A stretch of DNA of 62,104 nt, counting the filler, from Basidioascus undulatus (lineage: Eukaryota), in NCBI GenBank assembly GCA_000826855.1. It is 3 parts of 3 records of this genome, joined end to end, with 100 filler letters (N's around TTAATTAATTAA, not from the genome) between each part and the next. Parts side by side here need not be neighbours in the genome. Positions count along the whole stretch, not along the records: positions 20,756 to 41,385 come from JTLS01000364.1; positions 41,486 to 62,104 come from JTLS01000365.1; 1 more part is not named here. One strand, 5' to 3'. Below are positions 35,539 to 48,362 of the stretch, one piece after another; positions within the stretch are counted from its first letter, which is position 1, and every line of letters begins with the position of its first letter. The notes beneath the pieces were generated by a model. It did no database searches. It had not been told where the DNA came from and worked only from the letters and a program-made list of their open reading frames with translations. The translations under genes and the position numbers were made by a program.

Positions 35539-37530
35539 CTAAACGTCCGGCTCGTCATCGTGCTTCCACCCGGGCATGTCAGCAAGGTCCTTGGCCGGGG
35601 CTGCACGGCAGCTCTGCAGGGGATCCGGGCCTTCGCCCGGACGCCAACGCCAGGTATCCAGGTACTCCTGAGCGAGCTGTGAATTAGAGCCCACAGTTCA
35701 GCTGGAAATTTCTTATTTCTTTGGCGTGCTTGCGCAGACAGAAAATTTACCTTGCCCTCCAGCAGGTCGGCCACGTACTTGCCGACAGTCGGAAAGTGCT
35801 TGAACGTGTGCCTGTCCGGAGGCATCCTTGTCATTCCTCTGCGCGACAGCGGGGCTTGAGAAAATAGGCCTACCCGCTGTCGCCCGTAGCAAGGAAGAAG
35901 CCCTTCCAGTCTGGGTGCTCGCAGACCAACCAGTCCGCATCGCCTGTGTCTGTTGCATCCATTCCGTTCTGTCAAGAAATCTGCACGAATTGCATATGTT
36001 GATCGAAACTTACCAGTGCACCAGCACATCGCAATGTCAAAGAACTCGATGTCTTTCTTGTCCGGGATGAACGCCGCGAGCGCCTTGCGGATGGACGCCA
36101 AAGATGCGTCGGGGATCGTGTCGGTGGGGTGCGCAGCGTGAGACCGCGGCTCCGAGATCAGCAGGGGTTCGGGTGCGCCGAACGGCTGCCGCTTGACTAA
36201 ATGAGTAAAGCCAGGAAACTCGTCGCAGATCTTGATGATGCCGTCGCTGCAAGAGAATGTGGCGAGCTGTGGCTGCTGTGGCTGTTGTGCTCGTCTTTCA
36301 TCGCAAGTACGTACGCATTCGGTTCGAAGAAGAATCCCAGGTCGCCGTTGTACGCTACCGGCATATCCTTGTAGAAGGCCGCCTCTTCAGGAGTGAGCTT
36401 GAAGTGCGCATAGACCCAGGCCTCATTCCGCCGAGTCTCCTTCAGTCACGCCAGCAGAGCCTTCCAGAGCAAGGAGACCTTACCTTCGAAACGCACTGTC
36501 CCTTGAGGTCGACCAGCACAGGCGACCATGCCCCAGCGGCGAGGACAATGCGGTCGGCAAGATGCCGTGTCCCGTCCGCGGCGACAACGCCGAGGCAGCG
36601 AGAGCCGTCCTCACTCAGGATCAGCTCCTTGAATGTTCCGGCGCTGCGAACGGGTCATCCAAAGAATCAGTACGTGATCCTGTCTTCCCGCAGAGCAACC
36701 ACAGACACGCAGACTCACGGGCCAAACGTCCTCTTCACGCCGAGCTTCTCCAACTCGCGCCCGGCCGAGTCGATCGCCTGGCGAGCGGCGACCCAGCCGC
36801 CTTTCTGGATGTACATCCCTTGCCATCCCTACAGAAAGAGGTTGACAAGCATGCCATCGTTTTGGCCAGCTTAGCAGAGGATAGGCGCACGTCAATCTCG
36901 GAATCCTTGAGCTGTGGTACCCTCTTGACGATATCCTCGCGCGTCCCGAGCCACTCCACGCCATCCGCAAGTCCAGCGGACTTCAGCGCGTCATACTCCT
37001 CGCGAAGGTGCGCGATGCCTGTCTCGCTCAAGCTCGAGTTGAACTGGATGTGTGCGCGACGCCAAGCATCAGTTGGGAGGAAGAACGACGGCCGGAGTGC
37101 AACGTACACGGCCCGTCTCGTGGAAGTATGGCTTGAAAATTTCGTCGGTAGACCAAGCGGCATGCGCCTCGCGCGAAAGGTTCGCCTCGAACGGCTTGCC
37201 GAGGGTACCGAAGATCTGGGGACGAATGGCTGTCTTCAATTAGCGATTCATTGCCGGCCTTACAGACGAAGATATCGAAGCGCACCTTGTTCATGTCGTT
37301 TCCGGCACTCTGAGCGGACGGGATGGGGTACACGTCGATGGTGTGCACGTTCGTGTAGCCGCGCCGCGCAAGGTGCAGCGCGGTCGAAGACCCCACCGTT
37401 CCCCCACCGCCGATAACGAGGATACTGTTCCTCACCGCGTAGGTCAGTTTGATGTCCAGGGAAGCAGAAAGTTCAAGCTTCGCAAGCTTCGAAAGGCGGA
37501 CGATGAGTCTTTACGCAGTTCCGTGGTCAT
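35539..37530 (-). CDS. FAD-dependent fructosyl amino acid / fructosyl peptide oxidase (amadoriase), multi-exon
   Basis: ILVIGGGGTVGSSTALHLARRGY, IPSAQSAGNDMNK, GWVAAR, HPTDTIPDAS, MCWCTDTGDA, LATGDSGHTFK, WRWRPG...RAAPAKDLADMPGWKHD. Confidence 0.88.
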
Positions 37531-38315
37531 GATTAGTGTGTTGAGGACCGACGGTATGCAGCAGCTCGAGAAGACGCCGCGATAGGTCAGGTTCGAGTGG
37601 AGAGATCAGCGGTGGGAAGGGGGAGATATGGTGGTGGCGAAGACCCTGTTCTTATATGTCTCAACATTCCAGTACACAATGAGAGCGTTCCGGCGGTTGG
37701 ACGACGAATGAGAGGAGCACGCGAGCGATACGGCGCGGGGCGACAAGCCGACGGTGCCCTGTTTAGCCGTCAACGCGTACTTCTCTTTTGCCGCTGACTT
37801 GCCATGGCTTGCCACTCGCCGCCGCGCCTGAACTCTCAGGACGGCTGATTACGTTCATGTGCCGTAGGGTTCTCCTTTTATCCGAAAATCACTTGAAGAT
37901 TACAAGAATAATGTTCCCGCAAGTACGGGACAGGCCGTGAAGCAATTTGGACTCGGAGCTGAAAAGGCGATAGGGACTCAGCTCGCGATGCGGTTGCCTG
38001 CGCTCAGTCCGCAAAGTCTCGATTATTAATCGTGATAAAATAGTGTCGTACAGAAGGGACAGACTTAGATGCATCTCTAAGGCCGACCACCTTCTCAACC
38101 TCAGGCATAAAGGGAGTGCATTGCCGTTGCGCAGAAGCTCCCATCCAAATCAGCGGCAGAAGCCTGCAAAGTCCTCCGAAATGATGCAGTTCCACGGCAC
38201 GCATGAGGGGCATAACAACTGGTAGCCATCAAAGGCGACGAGCGCAGCCCGCCTGCCTTGCGTGAAAACCTGTCCGCGCAGCCGAAAAGAAGGAAGGAAG
38301 ACGGCCCCGCCGTGA

Positions 38316-39955
38316 TCATTGGTAAAGCTTGACGGAGTTAATGAGCCACCTATTAAGCCAAGGAAGGGTCAGTCCTGAGAAATTCGGATTCTACAAGGGC
38401 TGTACACACTCGTTGTTGGCAAAGTTCTCCGGGTAACGAATGTACTCGGCGCAGGCGCTCGCGCCGCCCGAGAACTTGTTCCCTGCCCAGTCACCGCAGA
38501 GCGTCGTGTCAAATACAATCGGGTGGTCCTGTAATACCGGGTCGTGTGAGGTCAAGACGAACGGCAACGCAAGAGCAGGAATGAGCAGGAGGTGGCAATG
38601 CGTACCTTGAAACTGGAACTGATGTCGCAGTTGTCGTCTACGAAGTTGACGGTGGCTGTAAACGCGGGAGTTGTCAATTTTTCCTTACATTTCGCTTAGG
38701 CACAGGGAGACATTTAATGGGTGAAACGAGGACTGCAGAAACTTACGCTGTTCCCAAGTGAGCGTATCGGGCTCGCCAGCGGCAAGGTCGGAAGGGACGG
38801 AGTCGCGCTCGAAGAACCCTACCCCGGCAACAATACCAATGTCAGGCACTCACTTTAGTTCTCCGAAGACGGTGCCTCAAAGACAAGCAGTAACGCATAG
38901 ATCTGGACATATTTGTACGTCCAGACCATTGCGGATGCCGCCGCCGTTCTCGTTCAGGCCAGCTCCGTACGACTTGGAGGATTTGTCCGTAAAGGCGCAA
39001 CCGGAGTTGTCTAAAACAGCCCCCACCCGAGCCAACGCACAAGCAGCAGCAGCAGCCTCCGGTCAGCAGCTTGGTCTTCTGGCGTGAAACAGGCAAGGAA
39101 GACGCACCGTGTGCAAGAAAGACCATCGCTGTCGCTGCTCAGTAGAATTGGGCGCACGGACGTCAGAAATTGAGAGGTGCAAGTAAAAACGAAACGATCA
39201 TACGTAGTTCTCAAGAAGCGGCGGGAACTTTTGATAGCACCCAGCGGAGGTGTGGACGGTGTACTGGTTCTCAGTTTGGTCATTTACCTCCTCCGAGATG
39301 TCGATCTCGCCTGACTTGCCCGGTAATTAGTAATGTAAGGCCATTTAAAATAAAGGGATTCAAAAGCAGAACAACTGAAATGAGAACAATGGAGGAGTTG
39401 GGAGGGTGAAACAATACCCACCGTTGCCAGTCGCTTCCAACCGACCAAAACGCTCCCCAAATCTGTGCAATCCTCCGAGAAGCATTAGATCAGACAACCC
39501 AGGGTTTCAAACTCTCAACCCACCGCCGGGTCGTGTGGCATGGTCGCAACATCAAGGACGAGCAGGCCTTGATGGAAGGTCTCCTTGCTCGAGATGCGCA
39601 CGCTGTCGCGGTACCCACCCGCGGGCAGCGTGCTCGTTCCATCGACCTTGATGTACGCCTGACCGGAAGCCGTAACGCTGGTCAAGTTCTTCGACCACGT
39701 TGAGAACGAGTCCTGGTAGCTGTTCATCGCTCACATCAGTGTGAAAACCCTCTCAGACGAAAAGCATCATCCACGCACTTGACAAATCCGTGGGTCGGGT
39801 CCGCATCCGAAAAGAAGTCGAATCTGTTGAAGAACGAGCTCCCGCCGCTTTGAGTTGATGTGCCTGTGGCGATGCCGCTGGACAATCGGGTGCGCCGCGG
39901 CGAGCTCGACGAGGAGCGTGATGAAAACGAAAGCGAAGACGAGCGCGCAGCGCAT
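38316..39955 (-). pseudogene. Secreted GH16 endo-1,3(4)-beta-glucanase (Lam16A-like), pseudogene
   Basis: Signal peptide; FDFFSDADPTHGFV, RDSVRISSK, DVATMPH, WGAFWSVG, GEIDISE, GLNENGGG, IVFDTTLCGDWAG, WLINSVKLYQ*. Frame breaks at about 39848, 39427 and 38932. Confidence 0.82.
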
Positions 39956-40846
39956 GGTGAATTAGTACAAGGAGTTATTATAGAGAATGTGGTCGTAAAG
40001 GGGGGTTGCGAACTCGACAGCGAGTGGAAGGGATGCCGGCTGAGCCCAGGGGAAGGAGACGAAGGAGGGTGGAAGACAAGACGCATGCATTGGGTGAGTG
40101 CGCCTCGCTTTTGTTTGTGGACGGGGATGGAGTGTTTATCGTATGTTAGAGCGACACCGCAAAGCGGGGAGCGGCTCCGCAGCTGCTGCTTGTTGTTTAT
40201 GCAAAAAATAATGTGCCCGACGCAGGGCAGGACTGCGCCCTTCCAAGTGCTGACGCTCATGTAAAAAGCAATCAGGTCACTCAGGAGGTCAAGCAGCCAT
40301 CGCTTCCGCGGTCTTATGTCTGAGAAAGTTCGTTGGGATGCATTCTGATCCCAAGAAAAATGAGTAGCCGATACATAGAGGAAACGCGGGTGTATGCCAT
40401 TGTGGACCAATCAGGAAGACGACAGCATCAGCGGGCGGCCCATGCGTAGCGGCGGTCATGTCATTATAGAGGATACACACTCTTCTGAGCATTGATAAAC
40501 TTGCGAGCCTTCTCGACAGAAAGATCTTTCGCTGCACCCATGGAAGCCCAACAGCTTCCCTTGCGGTCCCTTGAGTGCAACATCAGGGTGAACGCGACAG
40601 GTAACAGGCAGGGCGTCGCGAAGGACACCAGACAGATGTGTGAGCCGATATGTCTAGCACTGTCTGATCGAAAGATTTCCGCAGACTCCCGCCCAAGCAC
40701 GAGGCAGTAGGGGTGATAAGGCGATGGTCGTGTGCTGTGGCCTGAGCCTTGCTGAGCCACGATTTGAGAGACTTCGAAAGCTCCAGAGGGGTCTTGGGCA
40801 GACCTACATCAAGCAATCCAGTCCGCACAGTTGTTTTGCCCAGATT

Positions 40847-41385
40847 TCATCCTCCACCCCCACGCTTGATCCGTACAGCCTCCAAAAACTCATCCTCCAG
40901 CGCGAGCTGTCTCATACTGGGCGTCCGTCATGTTCAGACATCAGTTGCGCTCTAGAGGCTAAGGATATAGGTAAAGAGAGGTACACGCACCGCTCTACTA
41001 CTTCGCCCATGCTCTGCACTTCTTCCACCCTCGTGAGGGCAGGCATGGATGTGGATGGCGAGGCCAAAGGCTCGAGGTACCGGACAGAGAGGGCTTGCCA
41101 GTTGAGGGCCTGCGAGTCACGAATGGAGCCTTAGTTCAGTATACGCCTTCGTCTTTTGAAAGAATCGAAAGAGGTCATGGAATGGAAAGATTGACCTTAA
41201 TCCGCGCAACGATCTCCTCCACCCCCTCCTCCTCCCCCACGAAAACCATCACGCCCGGGTGCCCCGGCTTGACGACTCCGCCTAGGCGCAGCTCGCCCGA
41301 CCACGCTTGCAGGTCTTTGCGCTTGGACAGCGCGAGGAGGTGATGCGTCCATATCATCGTGAGGTAGAGGGGTGGGGGGTCGGGA
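40847..41385 (-). CDS. 3' part of RWDD2-like (DUF1115) protein, truncated at contig end
   Basis: MIWTHHLLALSKRKDLQAWSGELRLGGVVKPGHPGVMVFVGEEEGVEEIVARIK|ALNWQALSVR...EVQSMGEVVER|MRQLALEDEFLEAV. Confidence 0.8.
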
Positions 41386-41485
41386 NNNNNNNNNNNNNNN
41401 NNNNNNNNNNNNNNNNNNNNNNNNNNNNNTTAATTAATTAANNNNNNNNNNNNNNNNNNNNNNNNNNNNNNNNNNNNNNNNNNNN
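41386..41485. other. Artificial contig-joining linker
   Basis: N44-TTAATTAATTAA-N44. Confidence 0.97.
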
Positions 41486-41900
41486 GCCGCGCCCCCCCCG
41501 CCAGGACGTGCCCACCATCGTCGCCTCCGACACACACCACCTCTACGCCGTCGTCTCCTCCGCCTCCGGGTCCTTCACGCAGCAACCCCACCCCGCCCCG
41601 GCGCCATCCCCGCCCCGGAGCGCGATCCCTCTCGCTCCCCAGCACCAGAGCCGGACGTTCGACGACGTCTACGGCGGGTACACCGACCGCGACTCGTATT
41701 TCGCCCACGCGCCGAATGGGTCCGTCGACTCGGCGTACTCGCAGCTGTCTGCCTCCGGGGCTGCAGCCACGGGCGCCGGGGAGGGAGCGTGGGGCGCGGC
41801 GAAGATGGAGGGCCGCACGCCGAGTCGGCGCCTCGACGACGAGCTCGAGAGGCTCCATGCGCGGTATGCTAAGGTCTCGAACATCCCGCTGAGGCCTTGA
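41486..41900 (+). CDS. 3' end of hypothetical protein (5' truncated)
   Basis: Open, GC3-biased frame ending RRLDDELERLHARYAKVSNIPLRP*. Confidence 0.6.
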
Positions 41901-42525
41901 TTCCGGGGCGTGATGGTGGGGGATCAGCTTAACGTGCTCTGCGCTGTTTGTTCTTGTGTTGTTGCTGAGGGAGTGCTGGTGTGCTTGTATTTCACTACAT
42001 AGACACATTAGGCTGATTATACCTTTCCATAATAAACTCCTTGCCCCGGCCACGAGACGACGAAGCGGGAGAGGAAGCAAATTTGGAGAGCTCCTGGGGA
42101 CTGCGGTTTGCGTCCATGCATCGTGATATCCACGCAACATTGAGTATTACCCTCTCCAGCTGAGGCCAGCCATATTTCTCGCCGACTGAAGAGCATCTTA
42201 CATAACGCAAGGCTTTCGCGAGCGCTAGTCGAGCATTGGCACACAGAGCACTCCAGAGCTCCAGAGCGCTCGACTCTCACTCCGTATCTGCTCGAAAAAA
42301 TCCGACGCTCCATCGCATGCCTATTATAAGACCGGCAATAGAGCTTGCTAAATACAATTTGGGGCATGGTTATTCTGAGATGTATGCGTAGCTGACCGAC
42401 TTTGTCTCGCAACCCGACCTGATTCGCGCCGTGTCTTGCGCTGTGCAGCAAGACAACGCTGGGAGGGAAATAGCCCAACGACGGACGGGCTTGGACGAAC
42501 AGGTTGGCACTCGCACTCATCCACC

Positions 42526-44149
42526 ATGAGGCTCCGCATCACTGGGACTGTTCTCTTCGGTGCCTTGGCAGCCGCAGCTCCGTCCCTGCGGCGCCACGCC
42601 ACGCTCGATCCACACCCCTCGCAGGAGCGCTTGGTCTTTAACCGCGCAGGGCAGTTCCGCCTCCTTGTCCTGTCCGACTTCCATTATGGGGAGCCGACGG
42701 ATACAGGAGGTCGGGAGAAAGACGCCAACACTACCGCGGCGGTGCGGTGGCTGCTTCAGAACGAACTGGCCGAGTTCGTGGTCGTCAATGGAGACCTCAT
42801 GACGGCCGACTGTACGTGCTCTTGAGTTTGGTTTGAACGATAGGCATTGTGTGAATTGTTCTTATTCCCAGTGCTCACTACCCAAGAGGCGTACGGGTTT
42901 GTCGATCTGTATGCGTCCCTGTTCGTCGAGGCCGGCGTCAAGTTTGCAACGACGCAGGGAAACCATGACAATGCTCCCGGAGTACGTTCATGCATGTCGT
43001 CTTGAAGGATTAGAGATAACTAGACATTTTGAAAAGCAGATCTCACACGAGATGATCGTGGCCCGCGAGCGATCACAGACGAACCTCAGCTACACTCGCC
43101 TGAGTCCCGGAGTGGGCGGGACGGGCACCGAGGTGAACTACTGGCTTCCTGGTACGTTGAGTCGATATCCGCGGTGCACGACGTGGGACAGCTGAAATTT
43201 TCCTTGGAATTAGTTTACGCAAACAGTTTTGGTACAGTTTACTTTCAGACAGCGGGCGAGATCAGCTACTCATCACTTTTCGGAAGACGCGGTGCCCAGC
43301 TTGATCCTGTGGTTCTTCGATTCCAGAAGCGGGGTACGCTGCCCTGCTGATCAGGTAGAGAGTGACAATCAAAATTCTCATCCATGTTACACAGATCGCT
43401 TATAATACGACAGGCGAGCATGTGCAGGATTGGGTGGACGACTCCGTTGCAGCCGGGATTCAGGAGACGGCGGGCTCGTTCGAGCTGGCGGGCTGGAGCA
43501 CCAGCATTCCCTCTCTTGCTTTCGTGCATATACCTGTGTGAGCGGCGCCCCCTTGCCTCTTGGTGATGGGGCTGGATAGCAGCCCATAATGCTTCCCCTT
43601 TATCCACAGCACCGCTGCACGCATAGCTCAGACAGAGCTCAACGAAACAGTTTTCAATCCAGGCCTGAACGGTAAATAGGAGCTTGCACCAGACGTACGT
43701 TCCCACGGCATGATGACTAAATTTACTGCAAAGAGGACGACCCGATCCGCACCCAAGGGCTCAGCCAAATCCACACCGAGTTCAGCCGGCAGGACCTGCC
43801 CTTCTACACGACTCTGATCTCGAACCTGCCCAATCTTCATGCTATCACTGCAGGTCATCAGCATGGCCTGGGTACTCAAACTACCTACCGTACCTCCCAC
43901 CGAGTCACCATGACTGACTGACGCCGAGCAGAGTGGTGCGCCAAGGACACCGCCGTGCCCAACGGGGCGGTTCTCTGCCAGGCGAAACGGACCGGGTATG
44001 GGGGGTATGGAGAAGAATGGTGGGGACATGGCGGACGGGTGTTCCAGTTCAATCTGGAAAATATGCAAGAGTCCAGCACGTATATCAGAACTATCGACGG
44101 GGGCTACAGGGCAGAGTACAAGCTGGGGTTTGAATTTTCGGGGCAATGA
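42526..44149 (+). CDS. Secreted calcineurin-like metallophosphoesterase (Dcr2/PAP-like), multi-exon
   Basis: Signal peptide; SDFHYGE, VVNGDL, TQGNHD, LWFFDSRSG, AFVHIP, AGHQHG, TGYGGYG. Confidence 0.88.
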
Positions 44150-44949
44150 TCGGAACACTGGACACTGCTGTAGAGCGAGTCCATTAACTTCATGCTTCTC
44201 TGTGTATTCTGCTGGATATGATTGAAAGGGCTGCTATGAACCTCCGGCTCCGGGTCAGACTGTGCACACCCACAATCCCTGTTCCGTCAGTGCTTGTCCG
44301 AGAGACACTCGGAAGGCTTGGTGTGGGTGTACTGGAAATTTTGAGAGAGTTTTACCACCGTTTTATGTGATTGGATAGTTGCATCCGCTCGTCAACAGAG
44401 GAGACAGCTTGGAAGCTGCTTGGCGTGTTAATCCAGCTCACGGTCTGCACTCTCAACATTTCGCTCTGGAGGCTCACAAATGAAAGCGCCTCGTATCAAT
44501 GAAGAATATCTTAATATTTTTGGTTGTAAATTATGTTCGCTTGAGAGGCGTCACACTTCAAGCATTAGCGTGCGCGGAGAACCACCTACGAAGGAACGTC
44601 GAACGCAACTCCTCGTTTTCAACAATCTGATGCTGCCGGCCTTCGGGTGTGTGACGCTGTACAGGCTTGAATTTGGTATAAATATGGGTAAAGGAGCCTA
44701 AGTGACTTCCGCGAAACGGTGTCGGCATGTCCAGCCTGCCACGCTCGCAGCCAATTTCGACACTGCGTGTGACACTGCGGCGCTGCGGCTGCGACGACGC
44801 CCGTACGACGCCTTTCTGTATCTCCGGAGCATTCACCGCTGTCAAAACTTGAGCTCCACAATAGATTGACAATTGAAACATGATCGAATGTCATCTGGGG
44901 ACAAGAATGCATCGCGATTGCGCTCTTCGCATCACTCCCACACCAAACC

Positions 44950-47014
44950 TCAGACCTTCTGCCACGGCGCGGTGCCATGCGGCGCCTGGACTTCGTACTC
45001 GAGCTTGAGAGTCTTCGACGCCCCTCCCTCCAGCTTCAGCAGCCACTCAATCAGACCCTGCTCCTGTCCCGCGCTGTTCTCCCAAGCCTGCGGCGCTTCG
45101 GTTTCGCCCTGTGCCTTGGCCCACCTCACCCACACGTCCTCGCCGAGCGCAGTCTGCTTGTCCTCGATATGCGCCGGCTCGCGCAGCAGGACCTTGAGTT
45201 GCGCGTCCTGGCTGACAGGTAGCTGGTCGCGGACAAGCACGCGCCCGAGCGCGTCGGACGCGCGCGAGTTCGTGAGCGTGATGCGCTGCGAGAAGGTCGT
45301 GCTCGTCGACTTGGACCAGCCCAGCGTGGAGGTCGTCGAAGCGCGCTTTGAGACAGGGTGGTACGTCACCCGAAGGGCGGGGTCTGCGCCCAGCGAGACG
45401 TCGAAGAACTCCTGAGGGGAGACGTCCTATAGAGGGACGGTTGGTAACAGTCAGCTTCCAAGCAGCGTGCAAGAAACTGCGGCTGCAGGAGACGTACGCG
45501 GATGTCGGAGGTCGCGACGAAGGAACCGTCCAGGAACACCTGCGCGACACCACGAAGAAGCGGGAAGGGCGAGTTGTTGACGATCTTGGCCTGCGAGCGC
45601 GATCAAGGAAAACTTTCAGTGGAACACAAAGGAGACCGAAGAAAGTGCGACGCACTTGCAGGAAAGCACGTTCAACCTCCTTCGGCACCACGACCCATTC
45701 CAGCTCGGCGTCCAGCTCCAGCTGCGCGACAGAGACCTGGCATTGCAACATAACCCCGTTTTCAGTGGGCGTTACATGAATGGGTAAGGGAAGCAGACGG
45801 ACCTTGTGCGCATCGCCATCAGAAGGTACGGTGCTGTCGCCCTGCACCTCGAAGGTGACCGAGGTGACCGACTTGCGGACGGCGACGGGAGCGTGCTCGA
45901 TCATGGCGAGCCGGAGGAGGCGGTCCCCGGGAGCAGACGTCTTTGCTTTAAAGGCCGGCGGCTTCGGCTTGGCGAAGTCGATCTTGTAGGGGGAAAGGTT
46001 CGGAATGGCGCTGCCGACTGCCAGCGAAGCTGTACCACGAAGCCGTAAGTCTCTGCCCTTCGTCGTGTTCTCGCCTCTTAATGCAGCTAGTGGTAATACC
46101 AGTTGAGAGCGTAAGAGCGACACCCTTCCAGTCTTCGCCAGTCGATTGCCTGACCTCGGCGCGATAATGCAGGTCGACGGAGTGGCCGTCATCCTTGGAC
46201 GCCTTGGCCCGCAGGTCGTAGAGAGGCTCCCAGGAAGCGCTCGAGACGACTGTCATGTGGGGCGTCAGTTCTGGGTGTGAGCATGACAGGCATCCACAGT
46301 GCTCACTGTACGAGAGCGACAAGGCCACGGGTCCGTCCTCCTTGACAAGCAGCACGACCGTCACAGTCGTCCCGCACCTGTCCTCCCTCCGGTCATCCTG
46401 GAACTTGTTCTTCTTCTCGCGCAGCTCCTCCTCGACCTGAGCGAGCTCCGTCTCCGCCTCGACGATCTCGGCGTCAAGCGCGCCCGCGCGGGTGTTGTAC
46501 GTGTCGAGGAACGCGGCGACCGCGTCGGCGCCGTTGTGCTCGCCCGTGAGCGAGGAGCCGAACGAGTCGAGAACTCCGAGAGACTTCTTCAGACGGCGGA
46601 GCGTGTCAGAAAGGGAGCGCTTTCGACGCTCGAGAGCAACGAGCGTGGGGTCCTTCGGGTCGAACGGAACGTAGGATGGCGCCTTGTACACGACGTCGAA
46701 GATCGTCGCGAATCCGGTGCCCTCAACTCTGTGTATAGTTCAGTCAGCTTCAGGCGATGGGGTTGACGCAGCCGACTTGCCGGATCGAGCGGGAGCCGAG
46801 GACATCAGGCAGCTTGGAGATGACCACCTCGTTTTGGCCGGCCTGCGAGACGCATGGAAGAGTTTGTGAATTCAGAGACAAATATCGGACTTCCGAATCA
46901 GCATAATACCTTGAGCTCGATGTTCGGGAAGTGACGAAGAACCTCCGCGCGGTCGACGAAGGCAGTAACCGCGTTGACAGGATAGTGCTTGGCATCGAGC
47001 TCGATGCGGGTCAT
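44950..47014 (-). CDS. DUF4140/DUF4139 (mucoidy inhibitor A-like) protein
   Basis: VTAFVDRAEV, SIRVEGTG, coiled coil, LSY.VSSASWEPLYDLRA, VRQSTGEDW, TVPSDGDAHKV, FDVSLGADP, VRDQLPVSQD. Confidence 0.87.
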
Positions 47015-48362
47015 TGTGATTGTTGAGAAGTTGGATATGATATTCGAAGTCTGAGATCAGTCTCGATGAGAAGGTTTTGAGCGTGAGCGTCAGTAGGAGG
47101 AAGATCAGCGCGGCGATGTGAGAGCGGGTGGCAAACCAAGCTTGGCATGCACTACCTCAAGTCAGCGGGACCGTCCGCAGTCCTACCTCGGTCGCCCCGT
47201 CACCTCACCGAGTACTTTGTTTCGAAGGGCAGAGCTTTCATGTGGAAGGCAGTCTGGCAGATTTTCTTTCCGATATGGTGTCCATGGAAGTGAGTAACGC
47301 TTGGTTGATCAGGAGAGCGCCTTGCAGGAGCTTCTCGCTGAACGCCGTAGCCCAGTACTAGCGGACCTTGATTTCTGGTAGCCGAACAAAATCGATGAGA
47401 TTGTGTTCCTCGTAGGTCTGTGTGAAGACGTTTTTCGGGAGAGGGATCCCTTGAAGCAAGAGCTGCAGCTTGCAGTGAAGCCGCAGGATGCACTGCATCG
47501 GGTCATGACCGCTATCCACTTCCTTCGTCTCACCTTCGAGGACAGTAGAAGGCAACTGTTCGGCCCAATAACCTGCCCAATCTACCTTGTTACAACGTCC
47601 GTTAACTGGATTTTCAAAGAATACAGTATAGTGATTGAGCGGCACTCACCGGTGACTGGTACCTAGGTTTAACCTGGTGCACGCAACTTCCCCATTCTCG
47701 AGGAACCCCTAGTACTTAGCTTGGGCTACTAATTCATTGTTTAGAGATCATGAATACGTTTGGCAAGAGCAGGAGTGGTCTTCTGAAGGAAAGTCGGATG
47801 CGATCCTCGACAGTCAATTCAGATTGGGCTGCCATGACTTTCGGAAGTGAACATGCCCTGAGCAAATACTTAACGCTACAACGACAAGAGCACAATTTAT
47901 AGCGAGCGTTACCAATGCACCGTACGCAAAAAAAAGCCCTCGATGAAAATTGGAAGGTGGCACCGCGACTCGTTTGACAGATGTAACTTATCCGAAACAT
48001 CAAACGCGTTCGCGTGAGTGCCCGGGCCGCCCGAATCGCAGCACGCTCGTGTCCTTGCTCTGAAGTGGTCGACCGAGGACCATCACGAGCGATTCCGCAC
48101 CCGCTCTACCACTCTCTATTGTCCTTATTGCCTCCCTCCTACCAGCCTCTCTTTCACACTCTCAGCACAGCCCATAGCCAGAGAGCGTCCTATTGCGCGC
48201 GGCGTCGCGCAGGTTGCCTTCCTGCATTCGTGGTTCGTCGCCCTAGGCGGTCTCTTTGACCCGGCGTGACAGCCCGAGCTCATTCATCCACCGACCCATC
48301 TGCTCAGAACCCCCCCTACACCCCTTCGATTTCATTTTTACTCTCATATCTCGGAATTCACC

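Noticed and set aside
35539..44149. Metabolic cluster spanning FPOX, GH16, RWDD2 and the phosphoesterase
   Set aside because: It crosses an artificial contig junction, and the functions are unrelated.
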